A stretch of DNA of 64,000 bases from Raillietiella orientalis (Eukaryota): the NCBI GenBank assembly GCA_036172245.1, contig JAYWIR010000002.1:5952001-6016000 (forward strand), in the 5' to 3' direction. The position numbers and the translations under genes are program-made. A model generated the notes under the pieces. It was not told the origin of the DNA. It saw only the letters and a program-made list of their open reading frames with translations, and searched no databases. Below are positions 1 to 12,449 of this stretch, one piece after another; the first letter of the stretch is position 1; each line of letters opens with the position of its first letter.

Positions 1-899
1 CTCTGGCTGATAGCATCTCGTAATCAGCCTCGAAAGATTTATTTTGCATGATCTGCAGGGCGTGGAAAGTCCGTTCGTCGAGACGGATCCAAGGAAAAAT
101 CACCGAGCCTTTGGAAGCTTTGGATTCGTTTCGACCCCTCCGCTTCTCCAATGGACTTTTGCGTCCATATGTGGCCGTTGGGATGGAAAAGGTCGAACGC
201 AGGGAAATAAACTGCGACCTAAGGTTTTGACCTTAAGTGAAGCTCGAAGTTCGGTTCCATCATCATCGCATTCCTAAGAGACCAGCCATTAGAGCCAGTA
301 AGTACATCTCTCACGAGAACGAGCAGAGATGACACCTTGCTGTCATCATTGAAACAAAAGCCCTCAATTGTAGAAGGGGGTCCTTCAATTTTCCGCATCA
401 GTTCATTTCACTCTTATCTTCGCAATCATCGGAAGTGCAAACGAATGAATAAGCTGCAGGATGTGAACCACCTGTCCCGCAGGGTTTCTCCCATTCCGTC
501 GTCTGCCTTAACAACGTCCAAGATTGGAAAATGGCGGAGTTGGGATTCAAATGGAGGAGCTGTTACCGATAGCTCTATAATTTCTGCTCATGGAGCCTCG
601 GTAGAAAGTTGTTCCCAAGGACTCATCTATGGAAAGTGCTTTGTCAAAGCCCTTCCCATAGATGCACTTCCCATATTCCAAGTGAAAAATGTTGGGCTGC
701 TTTGGAGTTCAAATGCTTCGAGAGATCTACTGCAAAATGAAACGATGATGATAGTGCATAAGAATCCAAAACTGAAGCGGGAAACTTTTTTTTTTCTTTT
801 CCTTTTTTATTTTTTCATTTGAAGGCAATGGCCAGATCACCTTTAGAAAGTATCGAATACACTTAAGGAAAATGGTCGTGATAATCTTGGATCGTCACT

Positions 900-2330
900 A
901 AGGGGGGTTCGGCACCAAGAACTTCGTGACGGATGACGGTCTCGCTGGAGTACGTGCCCAGCTGCTGGTGCGAAAATCGCGATTCCTTCCTTATAAAGGC
1001 GCAGCAGTGGCTCCGTGAGATCCACAACGGCATTCCCGAATCCGGCGATAAAGGACGCAAGCGAACGGACTCGCTAAGGGCAATGAGGCCCACAAATAAG
1101 GAGGCAACGAAGTCCTCGTGCGAAGATCGAAACTTTGGGCATCTTTTGGTGCTGCCTCGATGAGGCTCATTTTGATGGCCGGCTCTTTACGATTGCAATC
1201 CTGCAGAAGGAAACCTCTCCGTTTTTGCGTCCTTGGTTTCGCGAAGAGGTTCCCATCCCAGCATGGCATGCTCTCGAAGTGATTTCGCATAGGTTCGGCC
1301 CTTCCTTCTTCTACCAGTTCGTGCCGAAGGCTGCGGAAAGACTGAAGCCCCCCGTCTTTCCGCTTGCCTTCTCCGATGGTCGCTGCAGCGGCCGTCGGAT
1401 GGAGGTCGCAGGGCAACACTCTTATGTGGAAATCATCTCGAAATTCGTAGTTCTTCGGCACCGCAGCTGGGCGCCAAGGACGAAGCGAAACGCTCAGGGA
1501 AGGAAGCCGCGAGAAGTCACCATTTTCACGTCTCACGAAAGGAGTTAGACGGGGACCTGAGACTCCGCCAAGAACAGTGAGACGCGCATTTCTAAATAGT
1601 CCATGAGAACGTTCTAAGTGTAGAGAACAGAACAAACTATCATTGTTTGGACGTAAACAGAACGAAACCGGGGCACTCTTTGGCAGAGCCCGAGGTGTTT
1701 ACTTGAGCCCTTTCGTAACAAAGTCAACAGGAAGATTTAGGTTCTGTGAAACTCTTACGCTTATTGCAAAATCACAGTACCTTCGGGCGCTGGAGAGGAG
1801 CAGGGCTCCCCCATTCCTGGCGAAACTCGCATCTTCCGGTGGCATTCCTTTCTCGCAACCCGAGTGAGCCTGCGGCATCCATCCGTTCCCGAGACGCCCG
1901 CGTTTGCGGTCGGGACGCGCGCGACAGCTGCTGAACTCGGAAGTCTCTCGGTCACTCAGAAGGAGTGAGGAGATGCCGATAGCACGCCTGCTTGCTCCGA
2001 GAATCCCCAGGAAATATTTTTCCCTTTTAGCTCCGCACGAGCGGCTGGAGGTACTTGCCTTCCTCCTAGCTCCGAAGACATGGGTTAACTGCATCCCGCT
2101 CTCGTTCCAGGAACCTCTGAAGAATCCCAGCAGAATTCTTCGTGGGGAAGAGCGAGCCGGGAGCTCGAAAGTTCGAACAATCTCTACTACCTCAAAGGGT
2201 GGATGGCAGCGGAAAGGAAGGCAGACCTTCCTCTTCCGCTAGCTCCTCTCTACTTCGGTCTGGCCAACGATCGAGTCCTCGGCAGATTGGGCTCGAACGG
2301 CATCACAGTGCCCACGGCTACTACATGCCC
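900..2330 (+). mobile_element. Decayed L1/Tx1-type LINE ORF2 fragment (APE endonuclease to start of RT), cut off at the SINE at ~2335
   Basis: Frameshifted peptides follow L1 ORF2 order. TVSLEYVPS..NRDSFLIKAQQWL resembles NVYAP..R..F; PLAFSDG resembles FSDH; KYFSLLAP..LEV..CIPLSFQE..RTIST resembles F..L.P.L..LP.S..WRPISL; LANDRVLGRLGS resembles LA.RL..VL. Confidence 0.6.
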
Positions 2331-2334
2331 GCGT

Positions 2335-2610
2335 TGGCGGCCGGTGTGTGGATGTGGTCTTCTCGCGTGGCACCAGGCGTCGCGGGTTCGAATCCCGCCC
2401 GGGAAAGGATGAACGTTGAGAATGAAGGGGACGTCGTGGAGGTTTTCGAGTTCCTCGCCCCCCTCCCCGCGGGATGGTCTTGATTGACCCGTGAACTTTC
2501 GTTGCGGCACCGGTGGAAGCCGGAAGCCCCCATCGACTATCCGAGACTGGAAGTCGACACTCCGAGTTCCTTCCAGTCGGTTCCCTTCGGGAAACTCCTT
2601 CGGAGGCTTT
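2335..2610 (+). mobile_element. tRNA-derived SINE-like element, copy 1 (head plus partial body)
   Basis: Perfect Pol III B box GGTTCGAATCC at 2385-2395, inside the core CGCGTGGCACCAGGCGTCGCGGGTTCGAAT shared with copies at ~7420, ~11260 (-) and ~32190. The body aligns by eye with 32220-32430. Confidence 0.75.
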
Positions 2611-2939
2611 ATCTGCCTTCTGCCGCTGCCACTGCCGCATCTCGCTCGCTAGCTCGCGGAACGGGACCGTTGTCTTGGAACGGGGGCAGGCAGCGTGCGC
2701 GCCGGCCCGCGCTCAGGCGAAGAACCGGTCTCCGGACGGACCACTACCTTCGAACCAGGTCCCAAGGCTCGAAGCGTTTTCCGGACCCCGGGCCGCGCCC
2801 AAGAACCTGCACGTGCGCACATCCGCAGGTTGCCCAAAGCCGTGCATGAGTGTTCTTCGTGCAAAGAGGGAAAGGGGACTTCTGCGCGAGGACCCGCACG
2901 TAGGTTGGTGCCCAAATAGGAGTCACGAAGGGAAAAAGA

Positions 2940-3375
2940 TCAGCTGCGAGGCGGTGGGGCAGGGTTGAGGATAATCTCCATCCAACAGGGACAGCTGAGG
3001 ACGTCGCGGCGTGCATGGCTGGCGTCCCAGTCCTTGGTGAAGCCGTAGCTGCGAGGTCCATCGAAGTCGCAGGTCTGAGATGTCGGCGACGGAGGCAGGG
3101 TCTCCGGCCAGGGCGTGCCCGGGATGGCAGTCGTGGATCCCGATCTAGTAGCGCGCGGGAAGAGCTTGCGCACGAAAGCACGCTGCGGCGCAGGCCAGGA
3201 AGCTGAGGAAGGGGTTGTGAAGCCTCAGACCGTCCTCCTCGCAGCTGATGGCGAACTCTTGGCCGATCTTTCTGCGGACGCACCTGCCGCCATCGCCGTC
3301 TCGGACCGCCTCCAGAATCCCCAGGACACGTGCCTTCCTCCTGCTGCACGGAAGAGAGCAGGTGACACTCCACCA
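2940..3375 (-). pseudogene. Inhibitory Smad (Smad6/7, Dad-like) MH2-domain pseudogene
   Basis: Read across frameshifts: GTC/LGILEAVRD..RCVRRKIGQEFAISCEEDGLRLHN..VRKLFP/Y*IGIHD..YGFTKDWDASHARRDVLSCPCWMEIILNP. The I-Smad MH2 pattern is [73 protein letters not shown]. An in-frame TAG and indels disrupt it. Confidence 0.8.
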
Positions 3376-3892
3376 CAAACAGTACGAACGGAGTGAACAG
3401 GGCGAACGGAGTCTCTGAAGGACTCTGCAAAATGGTGCTGTTAGCAAACACCCGTGGGCAGCAGCTCCGTCTCGTCGGCTTTCTCTCCTGCGTTTGCGAA
3501 CGTAATAAATGCGCGCCTGTAATGCGGGCATGCAAGAGCTTGCAAAGAAGGTAGCGGTGGATATGCTAAATTTGAGTAGCAGGAGCCATCCAATGGCAAT
3601 CCTGGAACAGCCGCTGCCACTCTCGACGAAACAGACTTTCAAATTAGGTTGGGATCCCTGACAAGCTGAGGCTGCACTAAAAGTCCATTCAAAGAACGCA
3701 GATGCGTCACCTAGCAAAGGAGGTCCAAGGTCGTGGCGCCCTCTTCTTATCTCTTTGATCTGGAACGGGATTGAATTACTGCTGTGTGAATATCAAAAGA
3801 TCCGAAGTTCTGGCAAAGCCCAAGACAGCAGAAAATAAGAACCTCGTAAAAATCCCTCATCCTAGATGCTTTGAGGTTTCTCTCAAGACAAT

Positions 3893-4010
3893 AAAGTCAA
3901 TGTGAAAGAGTAATATGGCTCACTGAGACCAGAAAAACCTTGTCTCACGATGATGCCAAAGATGCACCTCCGATGTTTCGAGCACGTTTGAGAAACCTTT
4001 CCAAATGAGC
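3893..4010 (-). pseudogene. Coding-like segment of unknown family, paralogous to 5091-5215
   Basis: Shares TGCCAAAGATGCACCTCCGATGTTT with the copy at ~5155. Reads CSKHRRCIFGIIVRQGFSGLSEPYYSFTLTL. Confidence 0.5.
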
Positions 4011-5090
4011 TGGTATCGCCCTGGAAACCGGTTCATTAGTAATACTGAATACGTATTCACCCTTCAGTCCATAATTGAGAAAGAACAAAACAACTGAAGA
4101 TTTCGTGCTCAATAAAACCGTGAGATGAGAAAATGACCTCGGTTTGACACCTCGGATGACTCAGTCCTATCGGCACGGCAAAAATCACGTGTAAGAATAC
4201 CGCGAATGGTTATTCATGTCTGGATGAATAAGGACTTTAATTATTGGTTGGAGGAAGAAGAAAAAAAGATTCACTGCGGGCTTTATTGCTTTTTTGTCTG
4301 ACTGCTTCCTTAAAGCAGTCGCCCAGGAACTGGCAATCGCACTCCAAGCCACCACCACATTCGCAAGATGTCATAGTTAGAAGGGCAGGCTGCCAAGAAA
4401 GCGGACTGGTCAGATCTCTCTGGAGAAGCGATACCTCTCCATGAAAACTCTCACATGCCAGAACAGAACGGCCGGCAAGAGAAGGTCCCCCAAAACTCGG
4501 CAAATTCCCCACTCGCCTCGCTCTCGAGGTGAGGAACCTTTCTGCTGGAGAGTGTCGAGAGTGTGGTGCCTGCGTTCCTCAGGAACACTACGAAGAGTCC
4601 CCCCATCCAGTTGAACTCGCAAAGGGGAAAGCACGGTGCTGTTACGCGGTCAGGCTTCAGGAAAGAAGCTCTGGTGTTCCGGAGCGTTCGTCAACATCAA
4701 AGGGAAGGATTGCAAATGCCCATTCCCATGTCCCCTGTTGACGACTGCCAGAGAACGAGCAAACATTCAACTCTTGAAACTCCAAAGTTTCTGTGAGCCA
4801 AAAAAAAGAAGTGAAACCAATCTCCTTAGCTGCGAGTGGCCTTTGGGGAAAGAAGAGAAAGTTCGCGTGCATTTCCAGGAATTCGTAGATGCTGGGATGA
4901 GCAGCCGCGCGACCCCACCACCGAGCACCGCCCTCAAACCTGGTTCGCGAGGAATATCCCAACACGGGAAAAATGCAACCGCGATCCCCAGCCCTCCAGC
5001 CTGCCGTAATCTGCCCGTGCTGGAGAGCCGAGAAGATAAGAGAAATCCGTGAAGTATCTCCGCTTTTGCTCCCGGTTTCTTTCCAGCCAT

Positions 5091-5480
5091 AAAGTCAACA
5101 TGAAAGAATAATGTGACTCAGTAAGATCAGAAAAACCTTCTTGTCTCTCAATGTTGCCAAAGATGCACCTCCGATGTTTGGAGCACATTTGTAGAAGCCT
5201 TTCTAAATGCGAAACTATTGGACGCATGCGAAGGAGCAAACCAATGTCCGATCGAACTGTTTTATCTGACGGATTTTCTTCAGAAGATTTCAAATTCTTC
5301 CGTTAACAGCGATTCAGATTCCTTCTCTTTGATTTTCTTTATTTCTTTATTTAGCGATGCCATGAGGTATTCCATCTCAGTCATCATCAGAAGTGTGCAA
5401 TTTGCATTCGAAAGGCTCAAATTTGACATTGGAGCAGATGAAGTGCACTTCGACGTCCCAGAAGATCACTGCTGAGAATT
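5091..5480 (-). pseudogene. Coding-like segment of unknown family, paralogous to 3893-4010
   Basis: Reads HLERLLQMCSKHRRCIFGNIERQEGFSDLTESHYSFMLTL. Upstream, after a frameshift, reads MMTEMEYLMASLNKEIKKIKEKESESLLTEEF. Confidence 0.5.
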
Positions 5481-7389
5481 CGGCAGAAGAATGGCCCCTT
5501 CTGGCAGACTCTGTCGTTTCAACGTGCTCCTACGTCCGTCTTCTGTTCCTTGCATCCAAGCACCGGGTGTCTCAGCAGTCGGGTAGGATTGCGAGTAGAA
5601 ATGCCTCAGGTTAAAAAGCAGCGCTGCTCGAACCCTTGGATGAGAGCGGGAAGTTTTTCGCAGGGCGGGGGGCCCGTGCAGGAAAAGCGTGTCTTCCTCG
5701 CAGGAAAAGAAACGAAATCTGATGTCTACAACCGGGTGCTGGGAGCGAGGCCTGAGGAGGACGTCTGGTTTTCCCAGGGAGAAAGTGTAAGGAAAGCGGA
5801 ATGAAACATCAGGATGAATGGCAGGTAGCCTCGGAAGTTCATTAAGATAAGAAAGCTGATGGAACCTGCGAAGCGGTCAACCGATCATAAAAAGCGCCAG
5901 CCAAACCCTCGGCGGAAATGAAACGATGGGTCGTCGGCGTGCGTTTTGCCGAGCAAAACCCCGCAGCGGTGGCAAACGGCCAGCGGGAGTCCATTGGAAA
6001 ACCCATCAGAACTCTCGGACGCAAGCTTTTAGGGGGGCGGGCAATTTTCGGTAAACCACGTGCCACAGTTTTGAAGGGAAGGATCGCTCCGTTTGAAAAT
6101 TTTTCGATCCTAAGAATTGCTCCTACGAAAAATCAGGATGTGGTAAGCAGCGTTGCTGGTTTTCGAGTACTCACGCGAGCGTTCAGGGCGCTGGCAACTT
6201 CCCGGAATGCAAATTAATGGACGTCATCTGCATCTGCAGGAAAATGCGGGCGCGTTCTCCCCAGAACATGCGGAAGCCTAGCAAGAAAAGAAAAGAAAAA
6301 AAAAAAAAGAGGCCAAAAGGGCATGTTGGTTTCCTTTGTTTTTGAAGCTGGTGTTTTGAAGGGCCGGGAACAAGGAACCGTCCTCGCGAAATTGGACGGA
6401 AAGGCTTTTTTCCACTTGCCTTCAGCCGCCCTTTGAGTCCTTTGAGCTTTGAGTCCGGGATATCCTCAGGATGCAACCCAATTTTCGAAAGCGGCGTTTG
6501 ACTAATCAAACGAAAGTTCGATTAGTCGAATGAACCCGAGATCATGCACTCGTGGGGACAATGTGGAAGACAAGCAAGCAATATATAAAGGAAGAACAAT
6601 TTGCTCGGCCTTTTCGGCCTGGTCTCCGACTGCCCCCTTCAGAATGAGGGCTTTCACTTTGTCCACTTTGAATCTCTGAAAAAAGGCTCGCACCGACCGT
6701 TGCGCTCGCAACACCGTTGATGGCGGCAGAACACCATGCAAAAAGCCGGCGTTGGCGAATCATCTCACGGAAGCAATCGGAACGCCCCCTCAAGACACTC
6801 ACGAGAATCCTTGATGGAATACTCTGGAGGAACAAAATGCCAGAACTGTAAAACGATGTTAAAGTGGCGAATACGAAGGAGGCACTAGACTTGGGATCGC
6901 TTCGTATCAACTGAAACATGACGATAACATGCGGGGAGCGTAACCGAGACAACCGTGCATAGGAGGAAGGATTGTTATTCAAAGAAAACAACCAGTGTTT
7001 AGTCTTCCTGATGTTGAGAGAGGGTTCATATTAATATAATACGAGTGGGACCAAAGGCTAAAACAAAAGTCCTTCCACAAATTTTCAGGAATGCTGGAAA
7101 AGGCAGAAAGAGAAACAAGGTGTAGAGCATAAGCAAGGTGATTCGTTTTCCAGCACAGCTTCCATCCATCCTACTGAATCGACTGACGAGACAAACGATG
7201 CCGCCTACAACGCTTCCTCATGGGGGAAACTCATCGATGCTCTGATGATATCGAAGATCTACCTTTCCAAAATTGGTGCACGTAACGTTACGGGATACCA
7301 CGTCGTACCTGTGCATCACCTACGATGCTGTGCATGGAGTTGGCTCGTGCATGGAGGTTTCAGATTCTTGAAGCTCTATTTTACATAGC

Positions 7390-8140
7390 CCCGATCGGAG
7401 GCCTTGTGGTTATGTCTTCCACGCGTGGCACCATGCGTCGCGGGTTCGAATACTCCGGCAGAAACTGACGCCACTGCGTCGTTGGGTTTCGAGTTTCTCC
7501 TTCAACGGCGCTGCTTGGCCGAGACATTCGGGCGTGGCCCCGGCGGTGGATAAAGCCGGAGGCCTTCCGATGAAGGCCGGAACAATGGGAGTCGACCTTC
7601 GGGTCCTCTCAGAAAAAAGGAGTGGGGAGTTCCCCCTCCGATCGTGCAACGGAGAGCGGACCCCCACACCGGGGGGACCCCTCCGGTTTCAAAATGGAGC
7701 AGGAACCTTCACGGGCACCTTTCCAGTTGTTTAAAGGAGCGGACTCCCCCCTGTTGCGGGGAACCCTAGAGTCGTCGCCTCTTCGAGAGTGCAAGGAAGC
7801 AAGCGAGAGCGATTCCCTGAGAGAAGCTACAGCGCCGCTTCTGAATTTCGGAAGCGTCCCTTCGGGGTTCTCTTCAGAGGAGTGAACAGGAGCGATTCCC
7901 TTGCGGGTTCCCTCCGGAGAAGAAATTCCTACTAGCGGATCCTTTCCGGGTTCCCTTCGGAGAAGATGAAATGGAGAAGACCACCCCCCTCCCAGGGGAT
8001 GTCCTTCCGGAGAGAATGAAGGGGCATTCCCTTCGGGGTTTCCCTTCGGAGGCAACCAGGGTGGGAAGTGCGATTTCCCCCCCCCCCCTCCCGGATGGAT
8101 CCCTCCCCAAGCGTGAGAGGAATGGACTCCGAGCCCTCAC
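7390..8140 (+). mobile_element. tRNA-derived SINE-like element, copy 2 (long, with internal hairpin-repeat array)
   Basis: A-box-like GAGGCCTTGTGG, B box GGTTCGAATAC at 7443-7453 and a second B-like GGGTTTCGAG at ~7484. The body is homologous to 10620-11325 (-), 32150-32620 and 50330-51190 (-). Confidence 0.8.
7855..8080 (+). repeat. Degenerate 40-48 bp tandem array (~5 units) inside the SINE body
   Basis: Units resemble GATTCCCTTCGGGGTTCCCTTCGGAGAAG followed by a purine linker. CCC-TTCG-GGG mini-hairpins occur at 7858-7867 and 8029-8038. Confidence 0.7.
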
Positions 8141-8154
8141 GTGGTTGTGTAAAA

Positions 8155-8750
8155 TCAGATTCTGAGCTTCGGACTCTCAGAAGATAAGGTGACGGGAGAA
8201 CTGCACTGTGCAACGAACCTCCAAAGAGAGTAGCAATAAGTAGCAATCTGTGCAGCTCTTTGCTGCGCAGTTGCCGACTGAAAACAAGCCAAATTTTGTG
8301 AAATTTGTGAAATATAGATCGTTTCGGTAAGGGGAGAAAAATCAGAAAATTCTATTCGATCGTCTTTTACCAATGCCAATGATGCAATGCCTCTCTTCTT
8401 GATTCCCACGTCGTTAGAGCGTAAGGATAGTCCTGAATCCCAACCTGAAGTTCCGAAATTTAAGGCAATTTTTTTCCTCTCGATTTCCATGAGTTGAAAC
8501 CTTCAACCTGTTGAAGATTTCTTCTGTAAGCGGACGGCATGCAATGAAAAACGCATTTTTCCAAAATTCTGCGAAAGTTTCGACATGCAGAATGCTCTGA
8601 AACACTGAAGTCATTCCGATGATGTGAAAGAATACACTGCGATACCATAGTGTTTCTGTACGAATCAGAACTCTTTTCAGAACACACGAATGATGAGCTG
8701 ATTTGAGTTGATAATGCAGCCACTGCGAGCAGTAACCCTAGTAGCCTGAA
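8155..8750 (-). pseudogene. Possible NACHT/STAND NTPase gene remnant
   Basis: FWKNAFFIACRP resembles hhITSRP, and is followed by RIEFSDFSPLTETIYISQI, resembling EI.GFS.E...YI. Weak and frameshifted. Confidence 0.3.
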
Positions 8751-9530
8751 TAAAAGTTTTCCTTGGACGGAAATCTCATGAAGGAGATGCGATCATCGAA
8801 AGGGAGTGGCAACTCATGGGTGCTCACAGAATGCCGTCGCTCAGTTGGTCCAGAGCCAGGCGAAAGTGAGGTGAAATCATTCCAGGAAGAAAAATGAGTC
8901 AGTACAGCACAAGACGACCAAGGAGGGCCTCGCGCCGAGATTCCCAAGAAACGGAAGGAACCCCTGAGATCACGTGGAAGAATTCGTGGCATAAAAGCCC
9001 TTCAGAGAAGCAATCACTGGTGCAGGAACGCCTTTGGCAGGTGACATCACCTGACCGGCAGACCCATGCAGGACACGCGAAAGCATTCTTATTGCCTCAT
9101 TACGTTTCGATCTTTATGAAAGGTCATTTCGTTATCGCCGTGGATTCGCGTCACGTTTTCCAAAGAAGGATCCCAGAAATAAGTGGTTCTCTAGGGAATT
9201 TTCTGCTATTGTAAGGAAGGGCACTCCATCCGAATGACTTGGTCCGTTTTGACAGTCCCAATACGAATAAGAACTTCATAGGAGCCGGAAATGCAAGCAG
9301 AGTTCTGTCAAGATCAGTCGTTTAACGAGTCATTCGTTTTTTCAGAGAATGTTCCCGAATAAAAAGTGAAAGCTCAACGTGTAATGAAGAACTGGAATGA
9401 TTGAATTCGTTAACCTTTACTCGTTTCATTCGAAGATGAAAGCGCATGCTGAATTCCCATCGCCTGCCCAGATTTCAGGGATCCCTTCAGCTATCGTTGT
9501 AGGAGTCCAGCGTTCGCAGGTGACCCCGAC

Positions 9531-10090
9531 GATGAGTAAATCTGTAGCGAATGCTGCTCCTATGGCCACGGAATCCACTCACGAGGAGCTCAAACGGCAG
9601 TTTGCACCTCTGGCGGACTGGCATGAGGAATGTCGGCTGTCGCCCTCATGGTGCAAGAATCAAGGAGTGCATCATGGATTCGGAAAAAACGGGGAGATAC
9701 CCAACGCCTTTGCAAGTGCACGGCATTAATTCACCCGTCACAGAGACATCTTGTCCGGGAACTTCGGCGACGGATTCAGATCAGAGGACGCACTCCGGTC
9801 CGAAGAGCATTTCATCCGCTCCTTCCAACACCGTCTCCAGCTTTCCAATAAGCTTCGGAAGGAATCTGACAGTGTGCATCAGCGTGTTACTCCCTAATCA
9901 GGATGCTTGTTATCGATATTGTGGCGACTTCAGAGGTCACGGCCTTCTATCTGCTCGAGACGACGACACAGCGAAGGGAGGTCACCAGGATGGCAGCCGC
10001 CTATATGAGGACGGCTGCAAAGTGACCACACCTGTAAGAGAAGTCAAGGCAAAAATGGCCAGCATCTAGCGCCGGTTCTGAAGTGAAAGA
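9531..10090 (+). pseudogene. TRIM-like (RING/B-box/coiled-coil) pseudogene, paralog of 37270-37480
   Basis: CRPHGARIKECIMDSEKTGRYPTP is RING-like and CYRYCGDFRGH is B-box-like. These are followed by RREVTRMAAAYMRTAAK*..EVKAKMASI*RRF. 9972-10078 aligns at nucleotide level with 37408-37301 (-). Confidence 0.5.
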
Positions 10091-10619
10091 ATTGGCGGAT
10101 ACTGTTGACCCTGTCCCCAGCCTCCCTTTGATTTTTTTTCCTTTCATTCCCCACTCGCTTTTCACCCCACTTGCGTTCCGTACCCCTCCCGGTTTTCGTA
10201 TATCGCTCCCGGTGTATACGGAGGGAACCCAAAAACCCTTGCCCCATCCCCCTGGATTTCCTCATTTTCTTCCTTACCCTCCTAAACTTTCCGATATCCC
10301 TACCTGCGTGTCGATGGACCCTCCCTCACCTGCTTTCGGTTTCGGTTGAGAACCAACGTGTTCCCGACCGGTTCCTTTTTACGAAATAAACTCCCCGGCG
10401 TAACCGGGTCAAAAACTTCGGAAATGCTCATCTTGCCTTTCAAGCAAGATGAGCATCGTTGTCATCGACGGGGAGGTGGTCGAGATAAAATGGAAAAAAG
10501 GAAGTGCTCCTGGCATTGGCACTTTTTTTTCTTTCCTTTGCTTTCACTCGTTTGGTAGTCATTCAGCTAAAAAGGGAAATCCTTTTCTGTCTTAGCTCCT
10601 CGACACCGTTCCAGTCACC

Positions 10620-11325
10620 CGAAGGTGGGTAATTCTTCAAGATAGGGGGTACCCCGGGAGGGGTTCGCCCTATGATTGCAGGGAGGACTCAGAGTCCGTT
10701 CCTCTCATGCCTGGGGAGGGATCCCGGAAATGGGGATCACCTCCACCCTGGTTGTCTCCAAAGGGAAATCCAGAAGAGAATCCTCTTTCTTTGTTCTCTC
10801 CGGAGGACCTTCGGAGGGGTCCGCCCATTCTTTCCTCTCTGAAGGGAATTTGGAAAGGATCCGATCCTGAGATTTCTTCTCTGGAGGGATCCCCCTGCAA
10901 GGAATTCGCTCCTGTTTACTCCTCGAAGGGACGCTTCCGAAATTCAGAAGGACGCAGCTTCCCCGAAGGGATCGGTTCACTTCTCACTTAGGGGTGGTGG
11001 CGACACACCTACTTCATCAGTACGACACGGAGGGTCCCTCCGAAATGAGGGTCTGCTCCTTCACGACCAGAGGGGAGCTCCCACTCCGTGATTCCTGGAA
11101 GGACCCGGAGGTCGACTCCCATTTGTCCCGGCCCTCATCGGGGGCATCCGGTTTTAACCGCTACCAGGGCCGCAGCCGGATGAATGAAGGCCAACCAGCA
11201 TCATCTTGTGGAGTGAAATCGGAACCCACGACGCCCTGCGTCGACTCCTTTGGAGTGTTCGAACCCACGACGCGTGGTGCCACACGTGGAGGCCACCATA
11301 ACCACACGGCTCCGAGGCGTGACAG
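10620..11325 (-). mobile_element. tRNA-derived SINE-like element, copy 3 (inverted relative to copy 2)
   Basis: The reverse complement has GTGTGGCACCACGCGTCGTGGGTTCGAACAC (B box 11265-11255) and CTTCTGAATTTCGGAAGCGTCCCTTCG, the latter identical to 7838-7864. Confidence 0.8.
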
Positions 11326-12449
11326 CCAAAGAAGATGGCACCGCAGAATTTTCGATCCCTTAAAGCGTTTGCTATCCGTTGAGGAACCGGGAAGCAAGGA
11401 AAGGACTATCTTCCCGGCAACAGCGGAGCCAGCATCCCTTAGAAAAGCCAAACAAGCTTCGACGAGACGAGTCATTCCCTCACGATAAGGCAAATCCTGT
11501 CTGTCCAGAAAAGCTTGCGCGTACAGATGGGACAGGCACAGGCTTCCCAGCACCATCCGGCACGTTACACCCCTCCTTGCTGCTCCCTGCATGCAAGCGT
11601 GTGGAGATGGGCCCAGTTGGAAGGCCGTCCTGGACGAAATCAAATTCCAACAAGAAAACAACTAGATGGTAAATACCGCTTTACATTCCCGTCAATAGAG
11701 TTGGATGTAGAAGATTGGCTCAATGAAAATTTATAGCCGTACTCCGCTCGATTGCAATATCGTCTTGAGATTCTCTGCAGGATGGGGTGTCACCTGAGAG
11801 CTTCTCGTTCTGCTGCCTGCCATCTTTCTAATAGCGGAGATCCCCGCAGCTGTTGTTAGCGAGTAATAACAAAGTCGAGTACGAGGTTCCGGAAATAGGG
11901 ACTCAACAAAACGCTTCCTTTTTCCTCTTCTCGAATCGATACGTCGGCCATCAGCGCTCACGGTAAGGCCAGCGGGCAACGGAGCGGTGACCACGCTGAG
12001 TGACATCGCTCGATGAAGGCCACAACAGAGTTTGCGAGGTCCCCGATGACGCTCAGCTGCGCTCGCTGTTGCCTCTCAATCGTCTCGAACGTGAAGAAGG
12101 TTCCATAAAACTCATGGGTCGTGGTGAATCTTCTTGAAATGGGAAACGAGCCGGGCGGTTGGTGCCTTTTTAGTCTTCGTGAGGACGCAGCAGTTGTCGT
12201 GGGGAAATGATTCTTGAGAGAATGTGCAGCTCGAACTCAGGAAAAGCACGTGTCATCCATTAGTTATTCGAGAGATCTCGAAGCATCCTTTTCGGCTGTT
12301 GGTTGCTCCATCCTCATCGTGTTGAGCACGACCTTAGCTGAATCTTCTGACTTCAGAAACCTAGGGGATGAACTCGATTCCAGGAACCCTAGAAATTCTA
12401 AATACCCGGCGACTCCCCAATCTTTTTCCTGAAAGCATCACGGAAGGCA

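Noticed and set aside
2335..2400. Functional nuclear tRNA gene
   Set aside because: It has a B box but no convincing cloverleaf or oligo-T terminator, and it continues into the repeat body.
7540..8140. Deltavirus- or viroid-like look of the purine/pyrimidine-blocked, hairpin-rich sequence
   Set aside because: There is no delta-antigen-like ORF and no ribozyme core. The tRNA-type head and dispersed copies fit a SINE.
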